Source: Catajapyx aquilonaris (taxonomy: Eukaryota). From it: a DNA stretch of 23,697 nucleotides. Position 1 is the stretch's first letter. Every line of letters begins with the position of its first letter. The DNA lies in NCBI GenBank assembly GCA_000934665.2, contig KZ538397.1, positions 62,001 to 85,697 of the forward strand, in the 5' to 3' direction. This document shows, piece after piece, positions 10,693 to 21,305 of this stretch. The notes under the pieces are model-generated. The model saw nothing but the letters and a program-made list of their open reading frames with translations. It ran no database searches and was not told the origin of the DNA. A program made the translations under genes and the position numbers.

Positions 10693-11047
10693 AACCTTCT
10701 ATCCCTGGCCTCGTTTTCTAGATCCATGTGGCTGCAACTACCAAAGTGTGCAGTACCAAGAGCTAGGCAGTACCCATTCGGATAGAAGACAGACTGGATT
10801 AGTCGTAATCAGGAGGTTATTCACCACGTGGTCATGTGCGACTGATGGGTTTTGAAGAAGAAAAAACTAAGTTTAGTGGGAGGTGAGGGGGAATTGGGCT
10901 AACTTTAGAGGCGTGTAGTGTGAGAAATACGGGAGGCGCACGTGTGAAAATATTATTAGAATGATTGTGTGCTGCGAGCAAGGCTGCGAGTGTGTGGCTG
11001 TCGATTTGGACACACTCTCACATCTATATAAATAAAGCCGTTTGTGA

Positions 11048-11082
11048 GTCTGTCTGTCTGTCTCTCTGTCTGTCTGCCTGCC
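11048..11082. repeat. Imperfect (GTCT)n microsatellite
   Basis: GTCTGTCTGTCTGTCTCTCTGTCTGTCTGCCTGCC. Confidence 0.9.
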
Positions 11083-11408
11083 AACCGTCATTTGCCTACC
11101 ATCTGTGCTCCACCCCCAGGCCGGGAGAGGATGGAGGTGTTGGGGGTTCACTACAGATGGCAGGCAAATGACGGTTGCCGTTATACAGGCGGGAGAGGTG
11201 TTGGAGTAGCAGGACCACAGATGGCATTGGTGGCCGGACACACAGAAAGACAGACAGTTGACGGGGGTACTGGCAGGTGTTTTCCCTTCATTCATTTCTT
11301 CCCGGGCAACGCCGGGTGCCGCAGCTAGTATTATCATATAATTTATATTCAACCTGACCAGCAAAAAAATCTCGAATGTAATAAAACGGACTACCTCGGA
11401 CTACCCAT

Positions 11409-11798
11409 CTGACGGCCCAAGTTATCTTAGAGAATCACGTAAATGGAGATACCGTAAATGCACCATTGCACTCCTCTTTGCAAGCCACACCTTTTGGTAC
11501 AAAGCTCGTAACTGTAGGAGCAACCCTTGCAAAATTTTGGCCAATTGAAATCACGTACTATGGGGCTCAAATTGCTTTGGCCACTTTATCCTGGTCTTGA
11601 AGCAACCCTTCGCACAGGCCCCACGTTGAGCAGGTGTGTGTGAAGGGTTGCTTCAAGGCAGTATAAAGTATCCTAAACAATTTGAGCCCCATAGTACCTC
11701 CATATAGGATAATGGAAACAAACAACTTCAAACAAGAATATCTCGAAATGGCAAAGGCGAGATACGGGGTTTTGACTTTGGCCGTCAGCCCCGGACTA
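11409..11798. mobile_element. Non-autonomous DNA transposon with internal 143-bp hairpin (possibly Academ-like)
   Basis: Internal arms 11555-11616 and 11635-11697 (GTACTATGGGGCTCAAATTG...CTTGAAGCAACCCTTC) are strongly complementary. Outer IR is CTGACGGCCCAAGT (11409-11422) / ACTTTGGCCGTCAG (11775-11788), 13/14. The right end ...CCGGACTA fits TAG..CTA termini; the left end is degraded. Confidence 0.6.
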
Positions 11799-12668
11799 TC
11801 TACGAAGGTGTACACGGATTACCATTAGTGAATAACCCTTTATGAATTACTATACACAGAAAACTGTTACACTGGAGATTGGCAGATATGTCACTTGGCA
11901 TGAGCTAAAAAAAACCCATATGCTAGTAGATTAATCTCCCTTTACAGGGAATGAAACGGAAGCTGGTAAGCTATAATATTTGTTGTCGTTCTGATAAAAC
12001 ATGAGGTTGCACTGACCCAATACTCGACTGTATATCACGATAGATCAAAGGGAGCACAAATTTTGCCGAGCCGGAGGGACAGTACCATAATTAGGCCAAT
12101 TTAGTACTTGCGTAGAGTTTACTGCAATATCTACTGCCTCAATCAGCAATCCTGAAAATGGAGAGCTCCATGTTACAGCACACTCCTTTAGTATGTACTA
12201 CCGACACGAGGCATGCACGTGTTCAAATTCGCATGGGAATATCTAGTAAACTGTGGTGTACTGCATGTCCATGGTCATGTACAGCCAGAGGCTATTTTAT
12301 TTTGTCAATAAACCACTCACTCCTGCCTGTCCTGAATGTAAGGATGTTACGCCGTGACGATTCTGTTGTGGACGTACAGTATTTCGTATTTTGTTGTTTT
12401 GGTACAGGGTGGTCAGAAACTATCGAATAATGGGTCGGGTGGTTATATGAAAATAGTCATATGTGTCATTTCTTGTAGCGTGCCCCGTTTGGATGCAAGG
12501 TAATATCATGCCAACAATTGGATCAGTGTAGTCTAACCAGTAAGACAATACCAATTATTCAAGCCATAAAAGCACTACTGACATTAAGTAACACTGTCTC
12601 AGTAATGACTCCTTTTTGCCGTAGATTATGTGGCGGACTTTAGTTTTGTAATTCGTCAAAGAATCGTC

Positions 12669-12999
12669 CTGGGGTGTTTCAACTTTTTTGTCTGAACAGT
12701 TATCGTAAAATTGCACGTAGCTGCTACTTTGTAAGCAGTGACTTGGAAACGGCGATTTTTCGGAGGAACGGGGAATATTCCCTGCGAATCGTAGGTTGAA
12801 GTGGCATACGTGCTGCCCGCTGAAAATTGAGGGTCAAGCAAGGAAAAAAGAGGGTCACACATGCCATGGGATGTGTGACCCCCCCTTTCCCCATTCCCCA
12901 TTCCTCCGACAAATCACCAGTTGCAAGTCACTGCTTACAAAGTAGCAGCTACGTGCAATTTTCCGATAACTGTTCGGGCAAAAAAGTTGAAACACCCTG
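12669..12999. mobile_element. MITE with about 105-bp terminal inverted repeats, Tc1/mariner-like end
   Basis: Left arm 12672-12776 (GGGTGTTTCAACTTTTTTG...AAAATTGCACGTAGCTGCTACTTTGTAAGCAGTGACTTG...) is complementary to right arm 12893-12997. The right end is GAAACACCCTG followed by TA. Internal hairpin GGGTCACACAT/ATGTGTGACCC at 12852-12881. Confidence 0.85.
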
Positions 13000-15900
13000 T
13001 ATATTCACAGTAAAATGGAGTTACTGATCACCTTTTATACAGTTGCGAGGAAAATGAAGGGGACCGACCGTGATGGTCAGGAGCTCCAACTATACATTTA
13101 TTTTTGTCTTTTAAAAGCAGAATGTCAATATTTGAGGAATTGAAGTTTTAGTTCAAAGCAAGATTCAAAGACGATGGAATATGTATGTTGCGACTGACAA
13201 AGGGAAGCGACCAACGATGTTCTCGGCAGTGACCTGGAATGATCCATCATGTCCGCCTCCACACATTCGGCCAAGTCAGCTAAGAACCAGGCGACGAGGA
13301 TGTATACTTGCCAAGAAGTTGTAAGGCGATTTTGACACTGGAATCTGATCCGAAAGCAGAATTTCTATACCCAGTGTTTTATTCATTTTTTGGACCACCT
13401 TGCACAATTTCTAGCATGATATTAAATTTGGCAAGCTTGCCTATGGTGTCACCATGGAATGTGATGGGTATTGATAAAAGAAATTGTTGTGGTGGGATGA
13501 ATCAGCCTATGGGATATGTGCTATACACGCGCTCAAAAGATGTGGTGTACGCACAGTATAATACGGTAAATCCCTGGAATTTTGAAACGCGCCTCTCGAC
13601 GTAGCAGGTAGCCACATGGAACCTGTAACCCAGGCATTAAATCGGGAATGCGAATAAACCACAACGGTGTGGATGATAAATGCTTCGGTGTGAGTGGAAA
13701 TAAATTTTGAGTTCACGTGCATAAAGGATTGGTTGTATTCACCTCTTGGTCATATCGTGATTCTAATTAGTTTGCGACAGGCTACATAAACACTACAACT
13801 TACCGTGGCATATGTTTTGTATCGTTTACAAATATGGGTTCAAAGCACATAATTAATCTGCAGTATAATCAAGTAGAGTGCATGGTGCTTGAAGTCTTTG
13901 TTCTCTTTGTTTCTCTGGGAGTGACGGCAACAATATGAGTTATATTCGATAGGTCAAATGCCCATAAATACGGTATATTGTTATATGGTTACAGTCCCTA
14001 GAAGTACAATGGGTCGATAGATGTAGGGCCAGTCTAAACTGGGCCAGTGTGATAGGCTGACGCGGTGGAATCATGTGCTTTCATGGTGTGACAGCCTAAC
14101 GCGTGGAACACCGACCAGAAGTGTTTACAAGGCAACTCAACTCAAATGAAACTGTATACTTATAACATCACACCTTACTAATAGTTTTCCTTCCAATATT
14201 GTTAAAATGAATCTGAGGTAAAAGTTTTCAAAAGTTTGTGGCCTAAGAATGAAAAACAGCACCAACATTCTTGACATTACAGACACGATGGCATAGCCTT
14301 AGCATAAAATTTTAGTTCTTTTGTTTAATCAAATATACTGTATTTGAAACCTTAGAGCCTTCCGTTTGTTGGGTCACATGGGAGAAGTAATGATTCTGGC
14401 ACACAGGTGGTCAAACTAGAGGACGTGTACTATATGCTTTCAACGCTCATCTATGATGACGTCAATCAAAATATAGCCTGAGCGTTCGCTCTAAAAAAGA
14501 AACGCACTTACTGTATAACGATTGCCTTCGTCAAGGACATTTTCTTGAACGACAGGCTTACGTCGTCTTCCGATTTCTGAAAATCCGAGGATTTATATTC
14601 AACGGCCTCCAAAATCGAACTCACGTCAGTTTGCAATCACTGGCCAGTAGGAAAAGATTTTTATGAAGAATAAGCCTTTCGTAAGCGTTACAAGAACTGA
14701 CGATACATATGACGAGAGAAAATCAAACCATAGCGAGGGTATATGAGTTTCAAAATATTAAGTTTTAATGCTTTATTATTATGTATAAAATTATTAGCAT
14801 CATGTTCACAACTTATAGGAAGAGCAGTAATAATTCAACACCCGTTAGTTATTTTGGGCAAAATATGACAACTCTGCAATACAATGACAGATGTCCAATT
14901 CCAGTTCAAAAATAATTACGAATTAATTATTAAACCATTATTGAACTCTAACTTGGCCTTCATGTCACTGGCGACAAGGCTATAGCGCAGCAGCAGGTGG
15001 CAAGTGTTTACGTCATATTTATAGAAATGGCACCTCACCAGTCGTAGCCATGACAGCAGTTCATTATATCCGAAGCAAGTGGTAGATTATGTGGTTTCCC
15101 CAGCAGCAAAAATGATTACAGTTTGACCTTTACTTATTAAATTCACTCCCCAAAAAATTTGAAGGCATTCAATAGGCAGGAATAGTTCCCATTCCCTCTA
15201 GAATTTCACTTCTCTTTAAATCTATTCTTGTTCACTTTTTGGCAAAACTGATGGACACCAGGCCTAGTCCATTGGCTGTACAGGGTTACGTAGCGTTTTG
15301 TTCATTACGCGAAAATGTGCTGGGCATACGAACTAGGGTGGGCTACCGCACTAATTTTAGTATTCACTTCACATGTTACTATACCTCGCACGTTAACTCG
15401 ACATCATCATGCCCAGCATTTAAAAACAACTAGCAATAATTGATCACAATAAGAGATAATGGAAGCGCAATTTGAAAGCCTTCGTCCTGGGTTATAGTTG
15501 ACACTAATATTCTGCTATGTTTCAGAAAGAAGCTACAAGTGCGACAAAACAAATCATGACATGAACATTTCATACTGCATACCCATGTGTTACTGTCATT
15601 ATGCCAGTGTTAAGTTACCACACTTTGTGACCTGGGTCTAGGATATCGTCATGGTAACAGGTCCATAGGACTACCCTCTTTAGTCATCAGCATGCTGATA
15701 TCATTTTAGAGGGCCCTGCAGGCCACCCGAGTGACGACGACAGCCCCATTGTCGCGCCCGTCATGAAAGGGTTTAAAAGGGAGCGGAGGTGTTAACGTGG
15801 AAGGTTTCCACCTGATAGGGTAGGATAAACTGCTACGTGGTTGGCTGTTGCGGACTTCTACGCAAATACTGATAACGTGTCAAGAGCTTCTCTTTTTTAA

Positions 15901-16689
15901 CACTGCAGCGCGAGCATGGTTTTCATATAGAATCGCACAGTAATTGGAATCAAATGTATAATTAGATTTTGATGAATTAAACGGCGTTTGTTTGTTGAAA
16001 GCTGAAGTATCATATTTGGATATTGTTCTGCTTGCACCTGGAGTTTATTGGTTCGGATATGGGGTAAGAGATATGATGGGGATGTGAGCTTGGATGCACA
16101 ATAGACAACAACATTTTACTGTAACAATCAATTAGTGTCAGCACCAATTATGGATCTGATGGGCAATAGTCGTAATTGAAGGATAGCTATATTTAGCTGA
16201 GTGCGGTGGCCGCCGTTTGGGGCCTAATATGATACCCACGCCACTTTGATCATGAGCCATTGCTGGATGTCAGTAATTAAAAGTACTGTTTTATTTTTAA
16301 CAATTCGTAATTCATATAAATATAAGCGACATGGTTCTCACAATGCGGTTCTACCAATATAGTGTGCAATTGCTGATGCTGCTCTTCTTAAAGGGCGTTT
16401 TCAGAGGCCTTTTTGGAGAATGCCTTCTTCTTCAAAACTACATATTATACCACTTGTCAATTTTGTGACCCTCATGACCATCACGGCCTCCTCATTCGTT
16501 AAACGTGGTCATCAGTGCCTTTAGGGGGATCACCCCATGTCGCCGCCCCCAAATTCTCCACCGATGAATCATTCCCATTTCTCAGCGCCCCATTTCGCCG
16601 CCTTGAACACTGGTAGGCCTACACGAAGATGCATTAATACAAACGTCCAAAATGCAATGATTATAGTGTAGGGTCGTGAAGGAGAAAAA

Positions 16690-16765
16690 GGCCTGTATGC
16701 GCTGAAGATAGGGCTGTATCCGCTGAAGATATGGCTGTATCCGCTGAAGATAGGGCTGTATCCGC
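16690..16765. repeat. 21-bp minisatellite (3.6 units) inside the foldback element
   Basis: Unit GGGCTGTATCCGCTGAAGATA at 16690, 16711 and 16732, partial at 16753. Confidence 0.95.
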
Positions 16766-16773
16766 AAGAAGGA

Positions 16774-16794
16774 AGGTTAGGTTAGGTTAGGTTA
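16774..16794 (+). repeat. (TTAGG)-type pentamer run
   Basis: AGGTTAGGTTAGGTTAGGTTA. Confidence 0.9.
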
Positions 16795-17235
16795 TGTTGC
16801 CCCTGCCACATTCGGTCTTCCGATATGAAAGCGGCGAAATGGGGTGGCGGCAAGATGACACTGCAGCTAAATGGGAAACGGCGAAATGCAAGGCAGCGAC
16901 ATGGGGTGTATTCCCTTTAGGGTGTTCCCCAAGATGAAGGAAACTCTCAAGGGCGGCTGATTGAGGACAACGTGTAAGTAAAATGCATCCACCCAAAAAA
17001 TTGTCGCTCGAATAGAACAGAGGTTGATTATTATTCATTGAAATGGCAGAGGTAGATGCGATTTAGGAACTAGCTGAAAGTAGGGCTACTGCAGTCGGTT
17101 TTGCATAAATATATTTCGGCATCATCCATATCGTCTTCGAGGCCTAACCACCGAAACTGTGACTGAGAAAAATGCAATGGAAACGAGTATGAGTGAGCTA
17201 TACGTGAAGTCCAGCGACTAACGACTCACTTTAAT

Positions 17236-17606
17236 CAGGGAGCATATACTACATATGAGGTGCAAACATTCGATTTTTGCGTCTCTCTGTTTGGGGCGTT
17301 GCCAAGGCTGGCGGCCATTTTGAAGTGTGTGGACTGCCAACGAGGTATAAATAGGGTACAGGCAAAAATAGGGTCTGCCATCTTTGATTCGCGAGTGTTC
17401 TTGCCTTTCTTGCCATGTAGTTGCCATGGCCGCCACAATCATCAAAGATGGCGGACCCTATTTTTGCCTGTACCCTATTTATACCACGTTGGCGTTCCAC
17501 ACACTTCAAAATGGCCGCCAGACTTGGCAACGGCCCCAAACAGAGAGACGCGAACATCAAAGGCGCCGACAGAAGTTTGCGCCTCTTATGTAGTATATGC
17601 TCCCTG
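17236..17606. mobile_element. Palindromic MITE (about 155-165-bp arms, 52-bp spacer)
   Basis: Left arm 17236-17388 begins CAGGGAGCATATACTACATA. Right arm 17441-17606 ends TATGTAGTATATGCTCCCTG. The arms are highly complementary apart from one indel region, which explains the mirrored ORFs on both strands. No clear TSD. Confidence 0.85.
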
Positions 17607-19380
17607 CTTTAATACAAAATGACTTAAAATACCGTATTCATAAACCAACAACTTGGCACCTCCGAAAAGTTTTGAAAAGCGCAAATATGCTACACCACCA
17701 TCGCTTGAAAAATGTGGGAGACTACAGTTCCTGCCCTTGTGGCCTTTTTATGACCTGCTCACTGCATCAATGCTTACAAGTGTGCAAACACCAACTTGAC
17801 AACATTCAATTCAAAATGAAAACTTAATTTGGCTCACCCCCTGTACCAACTTTCAGTATTATAGACGCCATCAAATGAAATGGGGCGCGTGAGACCAAGT
17901 GCTATTTGCTAATGAATGACCCAGTATGTTTATACAGTTGATGTGCTGATTCCATTTGAACTTGTACGAGTTGCAGGTCCTCCAACGAGGTATCTGGCTG
18001 CGGGATATAACGTTCGACTGGAATCAATACTAGATAGCAAACGGTTCCGACAAACTTCCTCACTCGCAATTTTCCAAAGTTACCCTGCAATGAAGTCCAA
18101 ATCAAACTATTCGTGACATTTCGCGCTCTTTTTATCATTTTTTTTCTTCAATATATATTTTGGTCCAAGGGCAACTATCAATAATTCTCCATCTCCCCAG
18201 CACGGTTGCAGTCATATTATTTTGCTCAAACTTTTGCGTCTTTGGACCCTAGGTAAATAACAGGAGTTTGTGCCCAAATTCGCCGCCACTTTGATGATTG
18301 CAATTGATTCACAGAAGGCCCTGGAAGTCACAAAGTCTCTTTCAAAAATTTCCCTTTGTTCGCGACTCCCAGTAAGAACTACAAACACGGATGAGCTAAA
18401 TGAATATGATAGTGCCTCCCATCCAGCCACCCTTTGCTCCTCTCCACCCATCCCATCCAACTAGATCCTACCTCCTCCTCTCGCAAAATGTCAAAGGCTG
18501 TTTCATTATACAATGCATTTATTATCTTTGCCCGACCCCCCCCCCTCCCCAGACCATTGTAACAAACACGGCGTAAAGCACACATGCATTAATTTCTAGG
18601 AACGGTTTCTCGGTGCAATGTAATCATGCGTAATATCATGCAGGATGTAATCGAGTAATGAATAGATGAGAAACATGTTTGAAGAGCGGCATATAACGTA
18701 GCAGTGCTCTTTACATTTGAAGGTATCATAAAATGTGATTTATTCTTTAAAAAGGAATTCAGGGTGCGTTTCTTTAACAAAATACACTTTTGAATGTGTG
18801 CATACTACAAGTATATCGATGTGTTTATTTTCATGGGAGCAGATGCGCGAGTGTCTATAAAAATGAGTAGTAGAACTCCGTTATTTTTGTCGAGGGTGAA
18901 AAAGGCACAAGCGATCTTACTTGCACAGTCTGTACCACGACAATACAAAATTTAATGAGTAGAATGTCACCTACAGTATCAAGATGCAAATTCAAAGATA
19001 AACCGCATCCTAGAATTTTATCAAAAATGTTTCCACCATAGTCCTTTTCCAGTCATTTTCGATGTAACGTATCTACAGGAAGGTGTGCCCTCTTTACCTT
19101 ACATGCTATGTACCCTCCATGAAAAAAATGTCTCATGGTGGTTATTAGAGCTCTCTTTCCCATAATATTCACCTTTATAGAGTGCTGATGTTTGTATAGT
19201 ACCAGAATTACCATTGTCAGCAATATTTCGTTGTTGTCATAACCAATCGACCTTTGAACAAATTACACCCATGAAAAATATTCCCTGTATACATTCGTAA
19301 TTCCCGCTTCCTGCATATTTTATTGGTCTCCTGCCTGCCGGGCACAGATTCAACCGTGTTGCATTTACACTCCCTAAACC

Positions 19381-19422
19381 ACCAATCAATCAATGAATCA
19401 GTCCATCAATCACTCAATCAAA
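19381..19422. repeat. Degenerate (TCAA)n microsatellite
   Basis: ACCAATCAATCAATGAATCAGTCCATCAATCACTCAATCAAA. Confidence 0.65.
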
Positions 19423-20452
19423 CCAGTCCTCCTGTGTTTGTTGGCACACACCACCATGTAAATAAAAAAATACTTCCAGAAGCAAATCACCTGTTATTAT
19501 CCACCCAATGCAAAAAAAAGTGATTACCTACCAATGCTGGAATCCGCCTGAGTACAGATCTAGGTGCCATTATTCCCTTATATGCAAAATGACATCTGAT
19601 GCATCAGTTGTTGCCAGTTGTTAACAAGACAAAATGTGTCAACTCGTCCATCCTTATCCAGACAGCAAACAGGTTAGGATATTGCAGGTATCACTCGTAA
19701 GCTTGGACGTGTTTATCCCTTACACCACAGCAGCTGCCACTCACTCACTAGCCTAGCAAGAAAGCAAGAAGCCTAACTTCTCCAAGGGTCTCGCCTTGCC
19801 AGGCTGCCTATGGCTTCTTCAGAGGGGTTCAAAGTTTACATCTGCGGAGAGAGCGCTATTTATGGCGTTTCCAGAAGGATGCCTGGCTCATGAACTATTT
19901 TGAACGGGAATAAGTACTATAGTGGCATGCACTGCCATACTGTTAAATGCGGCTAAATGGACAATGGTAACAAACGAGGTAATTAGCACGAGTGCTCAGC
20001 TTATCGAAGCTTTAAATTATTGCAGGCTATGTATTTACGCCACTTGTTTCATTGCGGCCAATAGTCGGTTCATCATGATGCAAACGATGTTAGCTTCAGA
20101 GCAAAGCTTTATGACTGATAACTAGCTCATTGGAACATCATCCCGTCATGTATGTTTTGAAATGGCTCGTTAAGTGCGTGAGGTTAGTACTGAGTCAAAT
20201 GTCAAACACTTTGTCCATCAGCTTACATGCTAATGACTTCAATTCTAATTGTATTAAGAGGCTAACTTTGCACAGGCCTTTATTAAGTTTCTCGATGAAG
20301 CATGCAAGTGTTGAAAGTTGCTAAGTCAATTATTTTCTAAGTAACCAAATTAGCCGCATTGCTGGTTATAAGCCAGGGAGTGTTTACGTTTGAAAAGAGC
20401 GGTTTTTCTCTTGCGTAGGTGTTGCATTTCGTTCTATACAACATTCTATCGG

Positions 20453-20523
<71 letters not shown>

Positions 20524-20540
20524 CATCATCATCATTATTA
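20453..20540. repeat. (ATT)n(ATC)n compound microsatellite
   Basis: Directly visible long ATT run followed by several ATC units. Confidence 0.98.
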
Positions 20541-21241
20541 ACTCATGAAAGGTTGCGGACCATGAGTAATCCAATGAACCTGGGCTATTATCTGAAGCGT
20601 GAGCAGAAGCCGAATTTCCTTTTTTCTCTTCTTTCCTGGGACTCATAATTAGCGTCACCCTCCAGCCCGTGCGATTAAATTCAGTAGCGCCAAGTGCCCT
20701 GGTGCTTTGAGTATAAATACTCAAAGCCCCCTGGTGCACCGGGTTTTCAACCTTTTGTAAATCCGTGACCCACCTCGTATATCAAATTTTATCTGACGCC
20801 CACCTTTTTAATGATATGGAGGGTAGGGAAAGGGAAAAAATGACGTCATACACTCTATATATTACTTGAGTTGTTTTCAGCTCAATTTGAATGGTCTTCA
20901 CCCTTATTATACTTGAAATAGCACCCATTTGCGTGAAGAATTTTTCTCCTCATAAGGGGTCGTCAGCCACGAGGAAACTGGATTTGGTTGCTGTAGGAGC
21001 TATTGGTTTCTATAGACACGATGGATCGGTGCTGGCATGGGTCGCGATGATATTGAGTAAGGTTGTTTCCAATAACATTAGATGAAAAAATATCTCACGT
21101 AAGTATTTAATTAGGGAGTGATTTATTTAATATAATTAGAAACTATTTCGTGCCGACACCTACAGTAATTGGTATCATGGAAGACATCATTGATCATATG
21201 GCATAAAAAAAAGCCAAGAAAAAATACTAACAAGATTCCTC

Positions 21242-21305
21242 CATGGCGGCATCCACTCAAATGATCAATATATATATATTGATCATTTGAGTGGATGCCG
21301 CCATG
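21242..21305. repeat. Perfect 64-bp palindrome with (AT)n centre
   Basis: CATGGCGGCATCCACTCAAATGATCAATATAT|ATATATTGATCATTTGAGTGGATGCCGCCATG; no mismatch and no spacer. Confidence 0.97.

Larger units (their letters stand above)
16527..16913. mobile_element. Foldback-type non-autonomous element with 9-bp TSD (Mutator/MuDR-like)
   Basis: CCTTTAGGG direct repeat at 16518-16526 and 16914-16922. Terminal IR CACCCCATGTCGCCGCC / GGCAGCGACATGGGGTG; subterminal IR CCCCATTTCGCCGC / GCGGCGAAATGGGG. Contains an internal minisatellite and a TTAGG run. Confidence 0.75.

Noticed and set aside
10873..11364. Longest ORF in the track (163 aa, minus strand)
   Set aside because: It lacks an ATG at the annotated start, runs through a microsatellite and shows no recognisable family; its length is explained by the higher local GC.
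16582..16767. ORF with RIQPYLQ repeats; possible CRISPR-like array
   Set aside because: It is a head-to-tail 21-bp minisatellite with no unique spacers and no cas genes nearby.
17218..17622. Cluster of overlapping ORFs with similar peptides on both strands
   Set aside because: Artefact of the palindromic MITE; no recognisable protein.
17902..18464. Short ORFs with nearby splice-like signals
   Set aside because: No recognisable domain and no consistent exon chain.
20930..20975. Hammerhead-ribozyme-like CTGACGA...GAAA on the minus strand (other CTGANGA sites also checked)
   Set aside because: Stem II lacks the conserved G-C closing pair, and I found no convincing stems I and III.
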